DNA of 64,000 nucleotides from a virus (lineage: Duplodnaviria > Caudoviricetes). How positions within the stretch are numbered: position 1 is the stretch's first letter; each line of letters begins with the position of its first letter. The stretch spans positions 1 to 64,000 of IMG/VR virus record IMGVR_UViG_3300019373_000007. The stretch is one strand, 5' to 3'. Made by a program: the position numbers and the translations under genes. Shown piece after piece: positions 42,558 to 52,413 of this stretch. Under the pieces are notes generated by a model that saw nothing but the letters and a program-made list of their open reading frames with translations, was not told the origin of the DNA and made no database searches.

Positions 42558-43412
42558 ATGGCATACGAGAACAATGACAAACTGTCTACTGTTGAATCTA
42601 GCGCCGCTAGATGTTTACGTCTCCTTGAATCCATTCAGGAATCTGGTCATGGGTTACAGGCCAAGAACCGTCATAAGTGTCGCATGCTTGCTAGTCAATT
42701 CGAGGCCATGAGTAGAATGCTCTACGAGATAGCGTCTTATGAGCCTAAGAAGAAGATGTCTACTGCACATTCAGGTGACGAAGTAGATGTTCTCGATGAC
42801 CTTGACGACATTGTCGATTCGTCTGAAGAAAGCAATTCCGAGTACTCAGCAAAGATGATCTTGCATTCATTCGCAGTTCGCTTGAAGCTGTGTGCACAGG
42901 TCGGACTTGATACCGTAGAGATGAATAGATTCGCAGACGTAGTTTCGTTGTGGTACCACACAAGATACTTACCAGAGTGTCCTAATCCTAACTTCAGATA
43001 CCGAGCTGATCGGATATGTGAATGGATAGACGCTCTGATTTTGTGTTATGGCGCGTACATGCAGTCAGGCAAATGTACGGAATTCTTGTCTAAGATGCGA
43101 GATTGGGTCGTTGTCGTAAGTAGGGATGACGGTGAGTTGTGGCAGCTTCCTTACTTTGTTTCATCTTTCATCACATCACAGAATGTCGAAGACTTCACAT
43201 GTGAGGCAATCCTTGTAGAGAGGATATTCAAGAAAGCGATATACGACGATTCGTTTTATCCAATGCGGATGCATACAGTTGAGGACAAAGTCTTGACCTA
43301 CTATCCGGAACTAGCTGGTAAGAGTGTTGAGGAGCTACTTAGCCTTATTCATCATCCGCTGGCAACTACGTCGTCCTTTGACGCATCTAAATATCAGGAG
43401 GTGGCTCCGTAA
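42558..43412 (+). CDS. Hypothetical protein, first gene of replication operon
   Basis: GGAGG RBS before ATG 42558. Confidence 0.65.
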   Translation: MAYENNDKLSTVESSAARCLRLLESIQESGHGLQAKNRHKCRMLASQFEAMSRMLYEIASYEPKKKMSTAHSGDEVDVLDDLDDIVDSSEESNSEYSAKMILHSFAVRLKLCAQVGLDTVEMNRFADVVSLWYHTRYLPECPNPNFRYRADRICEWIDALILCYGAYMQSGKCTEFLSKMRDWVVVVSRDDGELWQLPYFVSSFITSQNVEDFTCEAILVERIFKKAIYDDSFYPMRMHTVEDKVLTYYPELAGKSVEELLSLIHHPLATTSSFDASKYQEVAP

Positions 43413-44650
43413 TGGCGTTGATCTACACAAGTTCAAACAAAATCAATTTCAATGACATATCGACTCGCTACGAAGTGCCTAAGGCATACAGAGCAAAACT
43501 CGGCAACATCCACAGCGATCTGATCATTTACGTCAATACACACTTCAGAAATACTATCAAGTATAAGCAGCGTGTGGTTGATGCATTGAATTTATTGACC
43601 TACTGTGTGCTCAACAACGAAGTGCCTCCGTTCGACTGGACTATTGATAATCCGCTAGGGTCAGTTCCGTCTGAGTATGATCGGGATGAAGTACTTCGGG
43701 CTTTAGGTGACTTCGCGTTGTCTGTTGACTCTATTGAGTGGGATTTAGCAGAGAGCGGCTATGACATAGCGATGGAACCATATCCAGAGCACAAAGAAGA
43801 GAAGGCAGTGCCCAAGATCAGTAAGCCTGCAACGAAGCCGGCTGAACCTGTAGTGACACCGTCTAGCTCATTGAGATCAATCAATCCGGAAGCACCTAGC
43901 ACGAAAAAGCTGACTATTGATACACCTAAAGAGGATCTGTACTTAGCTCCTCCGACTTATCCGAGATTCGATGCAACTAAGCCATGGCTTTCAATGGAGT
44001 ACGAAGGAGAGCAGTTTGCTATCTATACTACACTCCCTGAGATACCGACACGCCAGCGAGAGATTTCAGTAACGACTGATGTGAACCGCATGACAGACTC
44101 AGAGCTACTTGCATTGTTCCCTACTCGAACCATCGAGACCAGACCGGCAGTGATGTATGAAGGGATTCCAGGATTCGACTATCAGGATGAAGAGGACTTA
44201 GGTATCATCTATCCTATCCACGGATTCACAAGAGAGGAAGTCATCGACAACATCATCCGATATCCTCATCTTCACAAGAAGCTTAAGCGAAGAAATGAGA
44301 AGGGTGAATTGCGTCCAATATGGGTAGACGTAGAAATCGACGGCAAGCTAGTTCCTATTGATGACGTTTGGGAGCAGTTACCTGACTCTAAGCTAGTTCC
44401 CCGACACCGAGATATTGTTCGTGAATACATGACACGAAAGTACTTGCTAGAGCGTGACCATGGAATCCAGCATAAGTATCCTATGTATGGTACATTAGAA
44501 GAATTCTTAACACTTTTCATGCCAGCTTCGTTTTATATAGAGAGGGGTTACGAAGATGTTGTAGGAATCGCTCGCCAATGTGTCAAGAGCCGAGTTTCAT
44601 TCTTACAGTCTCGAAACCCTATGCTAAGGAGGTTACATTTGTATGAATAA
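43412..44650 (+). CDS. Hypothetical replication-operon protein
   Basis: 412-aa ORF, two domains with Pro-rich linker, coupled to neighbours. Confidence 0.6.
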   Translation: MALIYTSSNKINFNDISTRYEVPKAYRAKLGNIHSDLIIYVNTHFRNTIKYKQRVVDALNLLTYCVLNNEVPPFDWTIDNPLGSVPSEYDRDEVLRALGDFALSVDSIEWDLAESGYDIAMEPYPEHKEEKAVPKISKPATKPAEPVVTPSSSLRSINPEAPSTKKLTIDTPKEDLYLAPPTYPRFDATKPWLSMEYEGEQFAIYTTLPEIPTRQREISVTTDVNRMTDSELLALFPTRTIETRPAVMYEGIPGFDYQDEEDLGIIYPIHGFTREEVIDNIIRYPHLHKKLKRRNEKGELRPIWVDVEIDGKLVPIDDVWEQLPDSKLVPRHRDIVREYMTRKYLLERDHGIQHKYPMYGTLEEFLTLFMPASFYIERGYEDVVGIARQCVKSRVSFLQSRNPMLRRLHLYE

Positions 44651-45254
44651 CTGCATCTTTGCTGCTAATTGCATAGACAGAGAGTCATGTGACGGGTCAT
44701 GCCCTGTATTAGCTCAGAATTCATACCTCCTAGAGAGAAATGAAATCTCAGTAACTAACTCCGCAGTGTTCCGAATGGATGAGCATGAGGTACAGAAGTA
44801 CAGTGCTTATGTGGAAAGCCGACAGCACGATTTAGCACATCCAATCAACACATATTCAACTACATCATCTACTTCTAGCGTAGCTGACAAGATTACATAT
44901 TGTGCAGTATGCCAGATGTGGAAAGGCAGTGGCCTTCATTGTGTAGTATATAATCTGAAATTCAATCAGTATCTAGAGACCGTCCAGAAGAGCTGGTCAT
45001 ATGGTGCTGATACATCGGAATCCGATTACATTAAGATATGGGCAACCAATGCTCAATTCCTAGTGATATCAGGATTAGATTATGTCAATTTCAAAGACTT
45101 TCCGAGCCAGACCTTATTGTCGTTGCTTCAAGAAAGGGACAAGCCGCAGTTGACTACTGTGCTTGTCACTCCTGCGTTGTCGGGATTAGTAGGGGAAGGT
45201 CCGTTCTTTGCGAAACTGACGCAATTACTATCAAAGAATAACAGGGCGGTATAA
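44643..45254 (+). CDS. Degenerate DnaC/DnaI-like helicase loader
   Basis: Cys-rich N-terminus, FLVISGLD at Walker B-like position, ER..TTVLVT; directly before helicase. Confidence 0.45.
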   Translation: MNNCIFAANCIDRESCDGSCPVLAQNSYLLERNEISVTNSAVFRMDEHEVQKYSAYVESRQHDLAHPINTYSTTSSTSSVADKITYCAVCQMWKGSGLHCVVYNLKFNQYLETVQKSWSYGADTSESDYIKIWATNAQFLVISGLDYVNFKDFPSQTLLSLLQERDKPQLTTVLVTPALSGLVGEGPFFAKLTQLLSKNNRAV

Positions 45255-45262
45255 GGGGAAAC

Positions 45263-46621
45263 ATGATCCAAGGAATTGAAGTTCAAGTAATATCAAAGCT
45301 CCTGACTACAGATCAGCAGAGCGACATAGATGCCCTTCTCAGTTATGACCAATCTTACTTCATGTCCTATGCTAAGGAGATGGCATACATACGAAATCAC
45401 TGGATCAAGTATCGCAGAATTCCTAGCATATTTGATTTTCAGCTAGAGTTTGCTGATTTTGTGCCCGTACAAGTTCCTGAGCCTGTAGAATACCTCAAAG
45501 AGAAGTTAAGGGACTACCGTCAGTACCTTCTTCTGATGGAGACATTCAACAAGATAAAGGACCTAGGCGAAGGAGACGTAGCCGATGCATGGAAGTACCT
45601 ATCCATGCAATGTATGGTTGCTGGATCATTCGGCAATTCCGAGCCGCTAGACATCATCAAAGATGCTCAGAAACGTGCAGATCAGGTAGCTGAATATGCT
45701 AGGCAGACTCGAATACCAACAGGATTCCCTGAGATAGACAAAGTGATGTATGGCGGACTCAGCACAGTTGAGGAGCTGCTAGTAATCATTGCAAGATCCA
45801 ATGCAGGAAAGTCATGGGTCTGCACAAAGATGATGGAATCTGCTCAGAAGAATGGATTTCCTGTAGCATATTACTCTCCAGAAATGCAAGCAGCCTATCT
45901 AGGTACTCGATTCGATACTTGGAGAGGAAAGTTCAGCAACAGTGACCTGTTCCAAGCTAAGTATTCAGTCGACTACATTAAATACATCAAGAGTCTCCCA
46001 GAAGATGAGACATCCGCTTACATTATCGAGGACAAAGATTTTCCGGACGGGGTGTCAGTCGGAGTCTTGGATCCATTCGTAAGCATGCACGGAATCAAGC
46101 TCCTAATCATTGATGGTTTGTCATATATGGTAGATGACCGAAAGGGAATCAATACACAAGAGAGATACAAGAACATTGCTGCTGGATTGTTCCAGCTGAG
46201 TAAGAAATACGGCTGTGCGGTTGTAGTAGCAATGCAGTCTAACCGAGAGGTCAAGAACAAAGACGATAAAGGCGAGTCAATTCCAGACCTTTACAATGCA
46301 GAAGGATCTGACCACCCAGGCCGAATTGCAACACAGGCCTTCGGTATTCGTCAGATATTTGAGAAGAGTGTCTTGGATATCAAGCTTCTGAAAGCAAGAA
46401 ATGCAAAGAATCAGAATCCCGTATTCTCTTATTCATGGGATATCAATACAGGAAAGATGGATTTCATTCCAAGTGATGACTCAGCTAGCCCCGCTGTTGT
46501 AGCACCTACAATAAGCGCGCCTAGCGTATCGGCACCTAAGTTTAATTCAGCACCTATCATATCATCTCCGCTATCACTGTTAGATGATTCGATGGATGAC
46601 GGAGATACAGTAGAATTCTAG
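45263..46621 (+). CDS. dnaB: DnaB-like replicative helicase
   Basis: IPTGF..D, ARSNAGKS, SPEM, LLIIDG, QSNR, KARN. Confidence 0.92.
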   Translation: MIQGIEVQVISKLLTTDQQSDIDALLSYDQSYFMSYAKEMAYIRNHWIKYRRIPSIFDFQLEFADFVPVQVPEPVEYLKEKLRDYRQYLLLMETFNKIKDLGEGDVADAWKYLSMQCMVAGSFGNSEPLDIIKDAQKRADQVAEYARQTRIPTGFPEIDKVMYGGLSTVEELLVIIARSNAGKSWVCTKMMESAQKNGFPVAYYSPEMQAAYLGTRFDTWRGKFSNSDLFQAKYSVDYIKYIKSLPEDETSAYIIEDKDFPDGVSVGVLDPFVSMHGIKLLIIDGLSYMVDDRKGINTQERYKNIAAGLFQLSKKYGCAVVVAMQSNREVKNKDDKGESIPDLYNAEGSDHPGRIATQAFGIRQIFEKSVLDIKLLKARNAKNQNPVFSYSWDINTGKMDFIPSDDSASPAVVAPTISAPSVSAPKFNSAPIISSPLSLLDDSMDDGDTVEF

Positions 46622-46632
46622 GAGGAAATGAA

Positions 46633-47040
46633 GTGGAAACAATTCATGTAGTAGCAGCAATCATTTTCAAATTGACAGACGAAGGCACACTAGTGTTAGC
46701 TAGTCAACGAGGTAAAGGTAAATTCATAGGTAAGTGGGAGTTCCCTGGTGGTAAGGTGGAACCCGGCGAATCCTTGGATCAAGCAGTAAGACGCGAGATT
46801 GACGAGGAGCTAGGCGTGCAGCTAGTTAACGTCCAGCCAGCATACAGTATAGATACCGAAATCAGTGATAATTCCGTATGCATGCACTTCTTCTGGGCAC
46901 AGGCTGAGAACGAAGAATTCAAGCAGACTATTGAGTCACGCGCAACTCAGTGGGTAGCCGAATGTAGTTTATATGATTTAGATTGGATGGAAGCAGACAG
47001 AGAGGTTCTTCCTATGATAGCGAAGGACATCGCAGACTAA
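46633..47040 (+). CDS. MutT/Nudix hydrolase
   Basis: Nudix box GGKVEPGESLDQAVRREIDEELG. Confidence 0.92.
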   Translation: METIHVVAAIIFKLTDEGTLVLASQRGKGKFIGKWEFPGGKVEPGESLDQAVRREIDEELGVQLVNVQPAYSIDTEISDNSVCMHFFWAQAENEEFKQTIESRATQWVAECSLYDLDWMEADREVLPMIAKDIAD

Positions 47041-47113
47041 AGTTAGAATCGTTATGTAATCTGTAGTTACATCTCTTACATTCGGGGTGACGCAGAAACG
47101 CGTTGCCTCTTGT

Positions 47114-47200
47114 GAATCCATAGCTCAAGCAGAGCAGCCGAGGTCTTTTTCTAGTTCCTCAACTCCCGGCAAGACGGAGGTTCAAGTCCTCCTGGATTCA
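47114..47200 (+). tRNA. tRNA-like element with enlarged anticodon arm
   Basis: Acceptor GAATCCA/TGGATTC, D arm GCTC/GAGC, T arm GGAGG-TTCAAGT-CCTCC; about 24 nt in place of a 7-nt loop. Confidence 0.65.
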
Positions 47201-47255
47201 ATTGGGCACTGCTGACATAGGGTGTCCTCCAGAAAATAACACAACAAACTTCAGA

Positions 47256-47340
47256 TCGCTGCTGATGGTAGAACGAATTGGTACATCTTCTATAGATCAG
47301 AGAACATGGTTCTAGCTGGGCGCAATTTCCAGTGCAGCGA
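47256..47340 (+). tRNA. Degenerate class II-like tRNA-like element
   Basis: TCGCTGC/GCAGCGA stem, AGAAC/GTTCT arm, CTGGG-CGCAATT-TCCAG T-like arm. Confidence 0.35.
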
Positions 47341-47434
47341 GTTGCTCCTCAATTGTGAGCAGGTCACGGCCGCAGACGATAAAGCGGCACTCATGCTTTC
47401 TGCAGGCATTGAATATCTCAGTGCCTGCTGTTCT

Positions 47435-47483
47435 GGACCCTTAGCTCAGTTGGTTAGAGCAACGTCACTATAGTGACGTTGCT
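47435..47483 (+). pseudogene. tRNA 5' half running into a 26-bp perfect palindrome
   Basis: GGACCCTTAGCTCAGTTGGTTAGAGCA then AGCAACGTCACTATAGTGACGTTGCT; no T arm or 3' acceptor found. Confidence 0.6.
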
Positions 47484-47529
47484 GTGTGGTCCTCATCACT
47501 TAGTAGTTTCTTAGTTGCGATAAGGATAA

Positions 47530-48115
47530 TTGAGCTCCGAAAAGAAAAGGGACAATCATAGAATACGAATGCTGTACATATCTTCTCAAGCTGGGGCTTA
47601 ATGTTTCTGCTCCTGTAGGGGATCTAGCCCCTTACGATCTTGTTGTAGACATTGATCATCGATTATATAGATTGCAATGCAAGAAATGCCACAATGCGAC
47701 TAAAGGCGCTTACGCGATGGAATGTACTACTAATATCAATACTCGCACTAAGCTTGAAACTTGCACTTATTCTCCGGATGATGTGGATTTTTCGCTACTT
47801 CATTAGATGGCAGAACTTACCTTATTCCATTCAGTGAAGTTGGTGAAAAAGCCGAATTTCGACTCAGATTTGAGGAGCCAGCAAATCATAATGTGAAAAA
47901 TATAAATTTCGGACCTTATTATTTAGCAGATCGTGTTGTTGCTTGTTTGCAGTCTGGGTGTGAGCTAACTTTTCCTCCTCCACCTTGGGCCAAGCAGAGT
48001 GCTGTGGACCAAGTGTATTATTGGATAAATGACGGATTCACTACTCGTAAATTTTTTTGGCCCTGAGTCAGCTATACCTTCGGGATGGGTTCGAGGCAGA
48101 AGGGATATTAAATAA
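47530..48115 (+). pseudogene. PD-(D/E)xK homing endonuclease (I-Ssp6803I-like), frameshifted
   Basis: KG..IE..VS.PVGD.APYDLVVD..LQCK, YSPDDVDF, YLIP, tail WINDG..IPSGWVRGR; shifts near the start and in T-runs. Confidence 0.7.
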
Positions 48116-48152
48116 TTTACATACTTATTATAGTATTACAAAGGGAGACAAC

Positions 48153-48431
48153 ATGACATTACGAGAAGTACTTACTCAAGAGAATAAAGATACTATTGGC
48201 TATATTGAAGAACGCCTTCGACTAGATCCGGCTGTCTTCGGAGTGGACAGTATCTTTTCAGGTATGTTTGCAGTCAAAGATGGATCCATTGTATCTATTG
48301 ATGGTGACGTATACTCTCTTAATTCTGAAATTGACGGCTATCAATTCTGGGAAGCTACAGAAAATACAGAATTCTTCCACAAAGGAGATCTGTGCATGAC
48401 TGTCTTTCAAACATGTAGAATCACGAAGTAG
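48153..48431 (+). CDS. Hypothetical protein
   Basis: GGAG RBS before ATG 48153. Confidence 0.55.
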   Translation: MTLREVLTQENKDTIGYIEERLRLDPAVFGVDSIFSGMFAVKDGSIVSIDGDVYSLNSEIDGYQFWEATENTEFFHKGDLCMTVFQTCRITK

Positions 48432-48442
48432 GAGCATAGATA

Positions 48443-48769
48443 ATGAAATCAGATTGCACGTTTCTTGTTATCGGCGAAATTGAAAATGTACTCGCAGACC
48501 TAGCTGAGTCATCTGAAGTAGCCAGTCCACATGTACAGGCCTCTGCTATTCTTGACTACTTAGTAGCTCATGATCTAGCTATTGTCAAACAAAGCGAATG
48601 CAAGCAAGAGATTCAAGAGGCTTATGAAGAAGTAGAGCGAGCTCGCAACGAAGCTGAGACATGGAAGCGTGTATCTTATCAATCCGAACGCAGAGCTAGG
48701 CAGAAAGAATGCGACGCTATTATCAAGAAATTGCAGGACGTGGATGAGTACAGAAAACATCGGAGATAG
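48443..48769 (+). CDS. Hypothetical protein
   Basis: ORF with RBS. Confidence 0.55.
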   Translation: MKSDCTFLVIGEIENVLADLAESSEVASPHVQASAILDYLVAHDLAIVKQSECKQEIQEAYEEVERARNEAETWKRVSYQSERRARQKECDAIIKKLQDVDEYRKHRR

Positions 48770-48778
48770 GAGGTCATC

Positions 48779-49294
48779 ATGTCTGATCTAAACATGATAA
48801 AAATCATCGGAAGATGGACAATTACAATTGAATTAGAATACTCAGACAATGATGCTCCAGTAGCTGCTTCTGAATCTCTTATCAAGCCGCTCATGCTACC
48901 TGACGGAACATATGATCAGATTGCTCTAGACGAGTATGAAGATTTTGTAGTGAACGTCCTGGGAGTATTCGACAGATGCGGTTTTGAAGTCATTGAAGAG
49001 AGACAGAGCCCTCAATCTAAATCTTACTATTTTGACTTAGTTAAGTCTGAGCAAGAAAATAAAAAGGACTATAAGTACATTCTTTACATTCGATTATCTG
49101 ATCATCCACTATCTAAATTATCTGCAAGGAGACAAGATGAGTGGTTCGCTTCCCACGCAGAGGAGCAGAAGCAGCCTGCTACAAAGTCCAAACAGAAGTG
49201 GAAGGTGAAACGAATAACAGTAAACAAGGATACATATTATAGTTATGATGATGCACTAGAAGATATTGAAGCAAGATTGTCTTCTCTGGCGTAG
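48779..49294 (+). CDS. Hypothetical protein with SKSYY...IRLSDH motif, possible nuclease-like domain
   Basis: S.S.Y...RxSDH motif seen in phage polyvalent-protein domains; VAAS motif. Confidence 0.4.
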   Translation: MSDLNMIKIIGRWTITIELEYSDNDAPVAASESLIKPLMLPDGTYDQIALDEYEDFVVNVLGVFDRCGFEVIEERQSPQSKSYYFDLVKSEQENKKDYKYILYIRLSDHPLSKLSARRQDEWFASHAEEQKQPATKSKQKWKVKRITVNKDTYYSYDDALEDIEARLSSLA

Positions 49295-49299
49295 CATAG

Positions 49300-49328
49300 T
49301 TGACAAACTCAGGTTTCTGTCATACGAT
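49300..49328 (+). promoter_or_regulatory. sigmaA-type promoter
   Basis: TTGACA-17 nt-TACGAT. Confidence 0.7.
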
Positions 49329-49333
49329 ATAGA

Positions 49334-49468
49334 TGTGAAGAAATCCCAAATCAACTATAACTGAATGAAATGGGTCGCAACTCCTTATGGAGTCTGACTA
49401 TAGATCAAAGCGCTGCAGTTGATTTAGGATTTCTTCACAACTTTTCTTAGATCAAGCGGCGCTTTTCT
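49334..49468 (+). ncRNA. Structured leader RNA A (interleaved stems plus terminator)
   Basis: 49334-49356 pairs 49417-49439; 49407-49416 pairs 49456-49465; T-run follows. Confidence 0.65.
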
Positions 49469-49484
49469 ATTTGGAGAAACAGTA

Positions 49485-50141
49485 ATGAAAAGATACGTCA
49501 AATCGACAAATAGGACAATATCGCTAGCTGATATATTATCAAAGATCGATTACTTTGTATTAGTTGATAGTTGTGATAACTTGAACTTGTCTGTTATAAA
49601 CGCACCAGATGAAGTTGATGATGATTCGGAATACTATGCTACTCTTCCTGACAGCCGCCTTGCTGAGCTCAGTGATAATGAGCTCCATTCAATCAATGAC
49701 CCTGAGATACTTGATCGTCTTGTACACTTGTGCAAGGAGCGACTTTCGTCTGATCAGCTTGCGATCTATAGGGAAGAAGCTAAAAAGAAAGTTCCACTAG
49801 ACGATGCAGCTAAAGTTGATCTGCTTCGCATGTTTAGTCAATGCAACAAAGTTTTCATAGAAAATCGTCGTAAAAATAATGATTTTAGGGCTACTTATGA
49901 ACTGACTGATGACGACATATTGGCTATCTTACATAATCTGAAGAAAAGCGACTTCGATTCCAGAACAAAAAGCATCAACTACGGGCACTTAGGTAATAAC
50001 TTAGTAATCATGCATCCGAACATTCTTATCCCACAGAAGGACATCATAGTAGGAGCTAACTTGTATATCAAAATTGATATTGATGAATCTACACATTCCG
50101 GTGTAGCGTTCATCTCAATACACCCTAGACAATTCGACTAG
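49485..50141 (+). CDS. MqsR/RelE-fold RNase toxin-like domain with N-terminal extension
   Basis: RRKN..F...ILHNLKKSDF...LYIKI...ISIH pattern; MKRYVKS start. Confidence 0.6.
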   Translation: MKRYVKSTNRTISLADILSKIDYFVLVDSCDNLNLSVINAPDEVDDDSEYYATLPDSRLAELSDNELHSINDPEILDRLVHLCKERLSSDQLAIYREEAKKKVPLDDAAKVDLLRMFSQCNKVFIENRRKNNDFRATYELTDDDILAILHNLKKSDFDSRTKSINYGHLGNNLVIMHPNILIPQKDIIVGANLYIKIDIDESTHSGVAFISIHPRQFD

Positions 50142-50209
50142 ACGTTACAACCTAAAATAACAACAGAAGAAGACTCATGCAGATGAAATGCCAGAATGAA
50201 GTCTTCACA

Positions 50210-50359
50210 CCGCAGTTCGTATTTTACAAGCCTTCACGAAATCCTGCGGTATATAAATCAAACACTATTGATCTTAAGGCCTTCATATGTAACAAAATCG
50301 AGTAAGATCTTGCTAGTGTGAAGGGACGCACAGTTTCTAAGCATTAGCAAGGTCTTTTT
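50210..50359 (+). promoter_or_regulatory. preQ1-I-like aptamer with transcription terminator
   Basis: CCGCAG-UUCG...AUC-CUGCGG, A-rich tail, loop GCCUU pairs AAGGC; terminator 50304-50359; upstream of queF. Confidence 0.65.
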
Positions 50360-50374
50360 ATATTGCGGTAATTC

Positions 50375-50442
50375 CCGGTGTTCGTATTCATTCCTTGACG
50401 AAATCCACCGGCTTTACAAAATAAAACTATATTTCAAGGAGG
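50375..50442 (+). promoter_or_regulatory. Second preQ1-I-like aptamer sequestering the queF RBS
   Basis: CCGGUG-UUCG...AUC-CACCGG, A-rich tail; loop UCCUUGA pairs UCAAGGA overlapping AGGAGG. Confidence 0.7.
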
Positions 50443-50451
50443 TTCACAAAC

Positions 50452-50961
50452 ATGAGTGAACAAAGAGAACAGGATTTATCCGAAGTAACATTATTAGGTA
50501 ATCAGAACACTAAGTACAAGTATGATTACGACCCATCTATCTTAGAGAAATTCGAGCGCAAGTTTGATGGGTCTGTTAAGGATGAGCAGATTGTCAGCTT
50601 GGATTGCTTTGAGTTTGCATCTAGATGTCCGAAGACCGGGCAGCCGGATTTCGCAACCATCCATATTTCTTACATTCCGAATAAATATATGGTAGAATCT
50701 AAGTCATTGAAGCTCTATCTCTTTAGTTTCCAACAGCATGGAGACTTTCATGAATCTTGCGTTCATATGATCATGCAGGATTTAATAGATCTGCTGGATC
50801 CATGCTATCTGGAAGTTTATGGTGACTTCAATAGCCGCGGCGGTATCTCAATCTTGCCATTCAGTGTATACGCTGATGAGGATCACATGGACATCAAGAA
50901 TGCTCGTCAGCTTACTATGATGCAGTATAGTGTAGAGCATAGACCGAGAACAGGCAGATAA
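50452..50961 (+). CDS. queF: preQ0 reductase QueF (type I)
   Basis: [28 protein letters not shown]. Confidence 0.95.
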   Translation: MSEQREQDLSEVTLLGNQNTKYKYDYDPSILEKFERKFDGSVKDEQIVSLDCFEFASRCPKTGQPDFATIHISYIPNKYMVESKSLKLYLFSFQQHGDFHESCVHMIMQDLIDLLDPCYLEVYGDFNSRGGISILPFSVYADEDHMDIKNARQLTMMQYSVEHRPRTGR

Positions 50962-50976
50962 TGAGGAAAGCTTCGC

Positions 50977-51030
50977 ATGCAAGAAGAATGGGGATCCGTT
51001 GTCGGATATGATGGAATGTACGAGAACTGA
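50977..51030 (+). pseudogene. NUMOD4 remnant of a deleted HNH endonuclease
   Basis: MQEEWGSVVGYDGMYEN* matches the EEW..V.GY.G.YE NUMOD4 start. Confidence 0.55.
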
Positions 51031-51062
51031 GATATCGTTATAGTATTCAAGGAGGACTAATC

Positions 51063-51560
51063 ATGAAAATTTATGTAAGAGCAATGTCCTTGCCGAAAGC
51101 AGAAGCAATCAAGCGTGCGGGATACTATGCTGACGATATAATGGAGCATGTGATCAAGATAGTTGTTTATCATGACATTCGACATAAACAGATAGATCAC
51201 TGGATCGGAGAAATTTCAGGATGGCTGAAGTTTGTTGATGGATTGACTGTGAAGCCGTCTAATAGGCATCTCAAGCCTGCGATGATTCGTGATACTACTT
51301 TCGGTCCTATGGGAGATCACTTACAAGACTATGTAGGTTCGTTAGAGATGTTCCAAACAGCTAATAAGCGCGGGAAGTTCAACTACGAAGATAAGGAATC
51401 TTACCCATACAGAGAACCTGACGCACAGACCGCAAGCGATCTCATGAACATATGTTCTCATCTGATTGGAGTAGCCATTCCGATGCTCTGCGAAAAGAAA
51501 GACTACACAAGAGAAGATTATGTGCAAGTACTACAAGATGTATTCAGAGCATACATCTAA
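51063..51560 (+). CDS. DUF29-like helical protein
   Basis: IMEHVIKI...HWIGEI motif; MKIYVRA start. Confidence 0.45.
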   Translation: MKIYVRAMSLPKAEAIKRAGYYADDIMEHVIKIVVYHDIRHKQIDHWIGEISGWLKFVDGLTVKPSNRHLKPAMIRDTTFGPMGDHLQDYVGSLEMFQTANKRGKFNYEDKESYPYREPDAQTASDLMNICSHLIGVAIPMLCEKKDYTREDYVQVLQDVFRAYI

Positions 51561-51648
51561 TAACATTTGACACTACGATAGAATTAGAAACATGACTACA
51601 AGCCTGTTTCTATGCAGGCTTGTTTTATTTGTAAAGGAGGAAAATGCC

Positions 51649-52413
51649 ATGAAAAAGGCATTGATTTTAAATTCAGGCGGCATGGATTCTACAACTTTAG
51701 TAGGCATGGCTGTAGATAAGTACGGAGCAGAAAATATCATCACCGCCTCACTGTATTACGGACAGAAGCATGATAAGGAATTGAAGTGTGCACAGGCAGT
51801 AGCTGAGTACTACGGAGTTCGTCACATTGAAGAAGATATTTCATCTGTTATGAAGTATGCAGGAGAGGTTTGCTCACTTGTAAAGGGGTCGAAGGATGAG
51901 ATCATCGACAAGAGCTACGCAGACCAGATTGCAGAGAATGGAGAAGGCCGAGTAAGCACATATGTTCCATTCCGTAACGGGTTGTTCTTATCTATTGCAG
52001 CTGCTTATGCAGATAGCTTGTTCCCAGGACAGGAATGTGAAATCTGGTATGGAGCTCATGCAGATGATGCTGCAGGCCAGGCTTATGCAGATTGCTCTGA
52101 GGAATTCGCCTCAGCTATGGATCAGGCTATCAATATCGGGACATATGGAAACATTCATGTAGTGAGACCTCTCATCAGCATGAATAAGTCCGAAGTATGT
52201 GCCGAAGGCATCAAGTTAGGCGTTCCATATGAACTTACATGGAGCTGCTATCGCGGAGGAGACAAAGCGTGCGGAACGCGATGTGCAACTTGTTTAGACA
52301 GAATTGAAGCATTTCGAGCTAACGGTGTAATTGATCCTATTGAATACGATGCTGAAATAGATTGGTCCGGATGTAAGGAGATAAATTATAGGAAAGGAAT
52401 TTATCATGATTAA
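51649..52413 (+). CDS. queC: 7-cyano-7-deazaguanine synthase
   Basis: SGGMDS, YGQKH..E, TYVPFRN, TWSCY, CG..CATC..R. Confidence 0.96.
   Translation: MKKALILNSGGMDSTTLVGMAVDKYGAENIITASLYYGQKHDKELKCAQAVAEYYGVRHIEEDISSVMKYAGEVCSLVKGSKDEIIDKSYADQIAENGEGRVSTYVPFRNGLFLSIAAAYADSLFPGQECEIWYGAHADDAAGQAYADCSEEFASAMDQAINIGTYGNIHVVRPLISMNKSEVCAEGIKLGVPYELTWSCYRGGDKACGTRCATCLDRIEAFRANGVIDPIEYDAEIDWSGCKEINYRKGIYHD

Noticed and set aside
6180-48060. Programmed frameshifting or true pseudogenes at about 6190, 21590, 28015, 34015, 47790 and 48055
   Set aside because: Each is fixed by one base in a homopolymer run and no stimulatory structure is evident; more consistent with long-read consensus errors.
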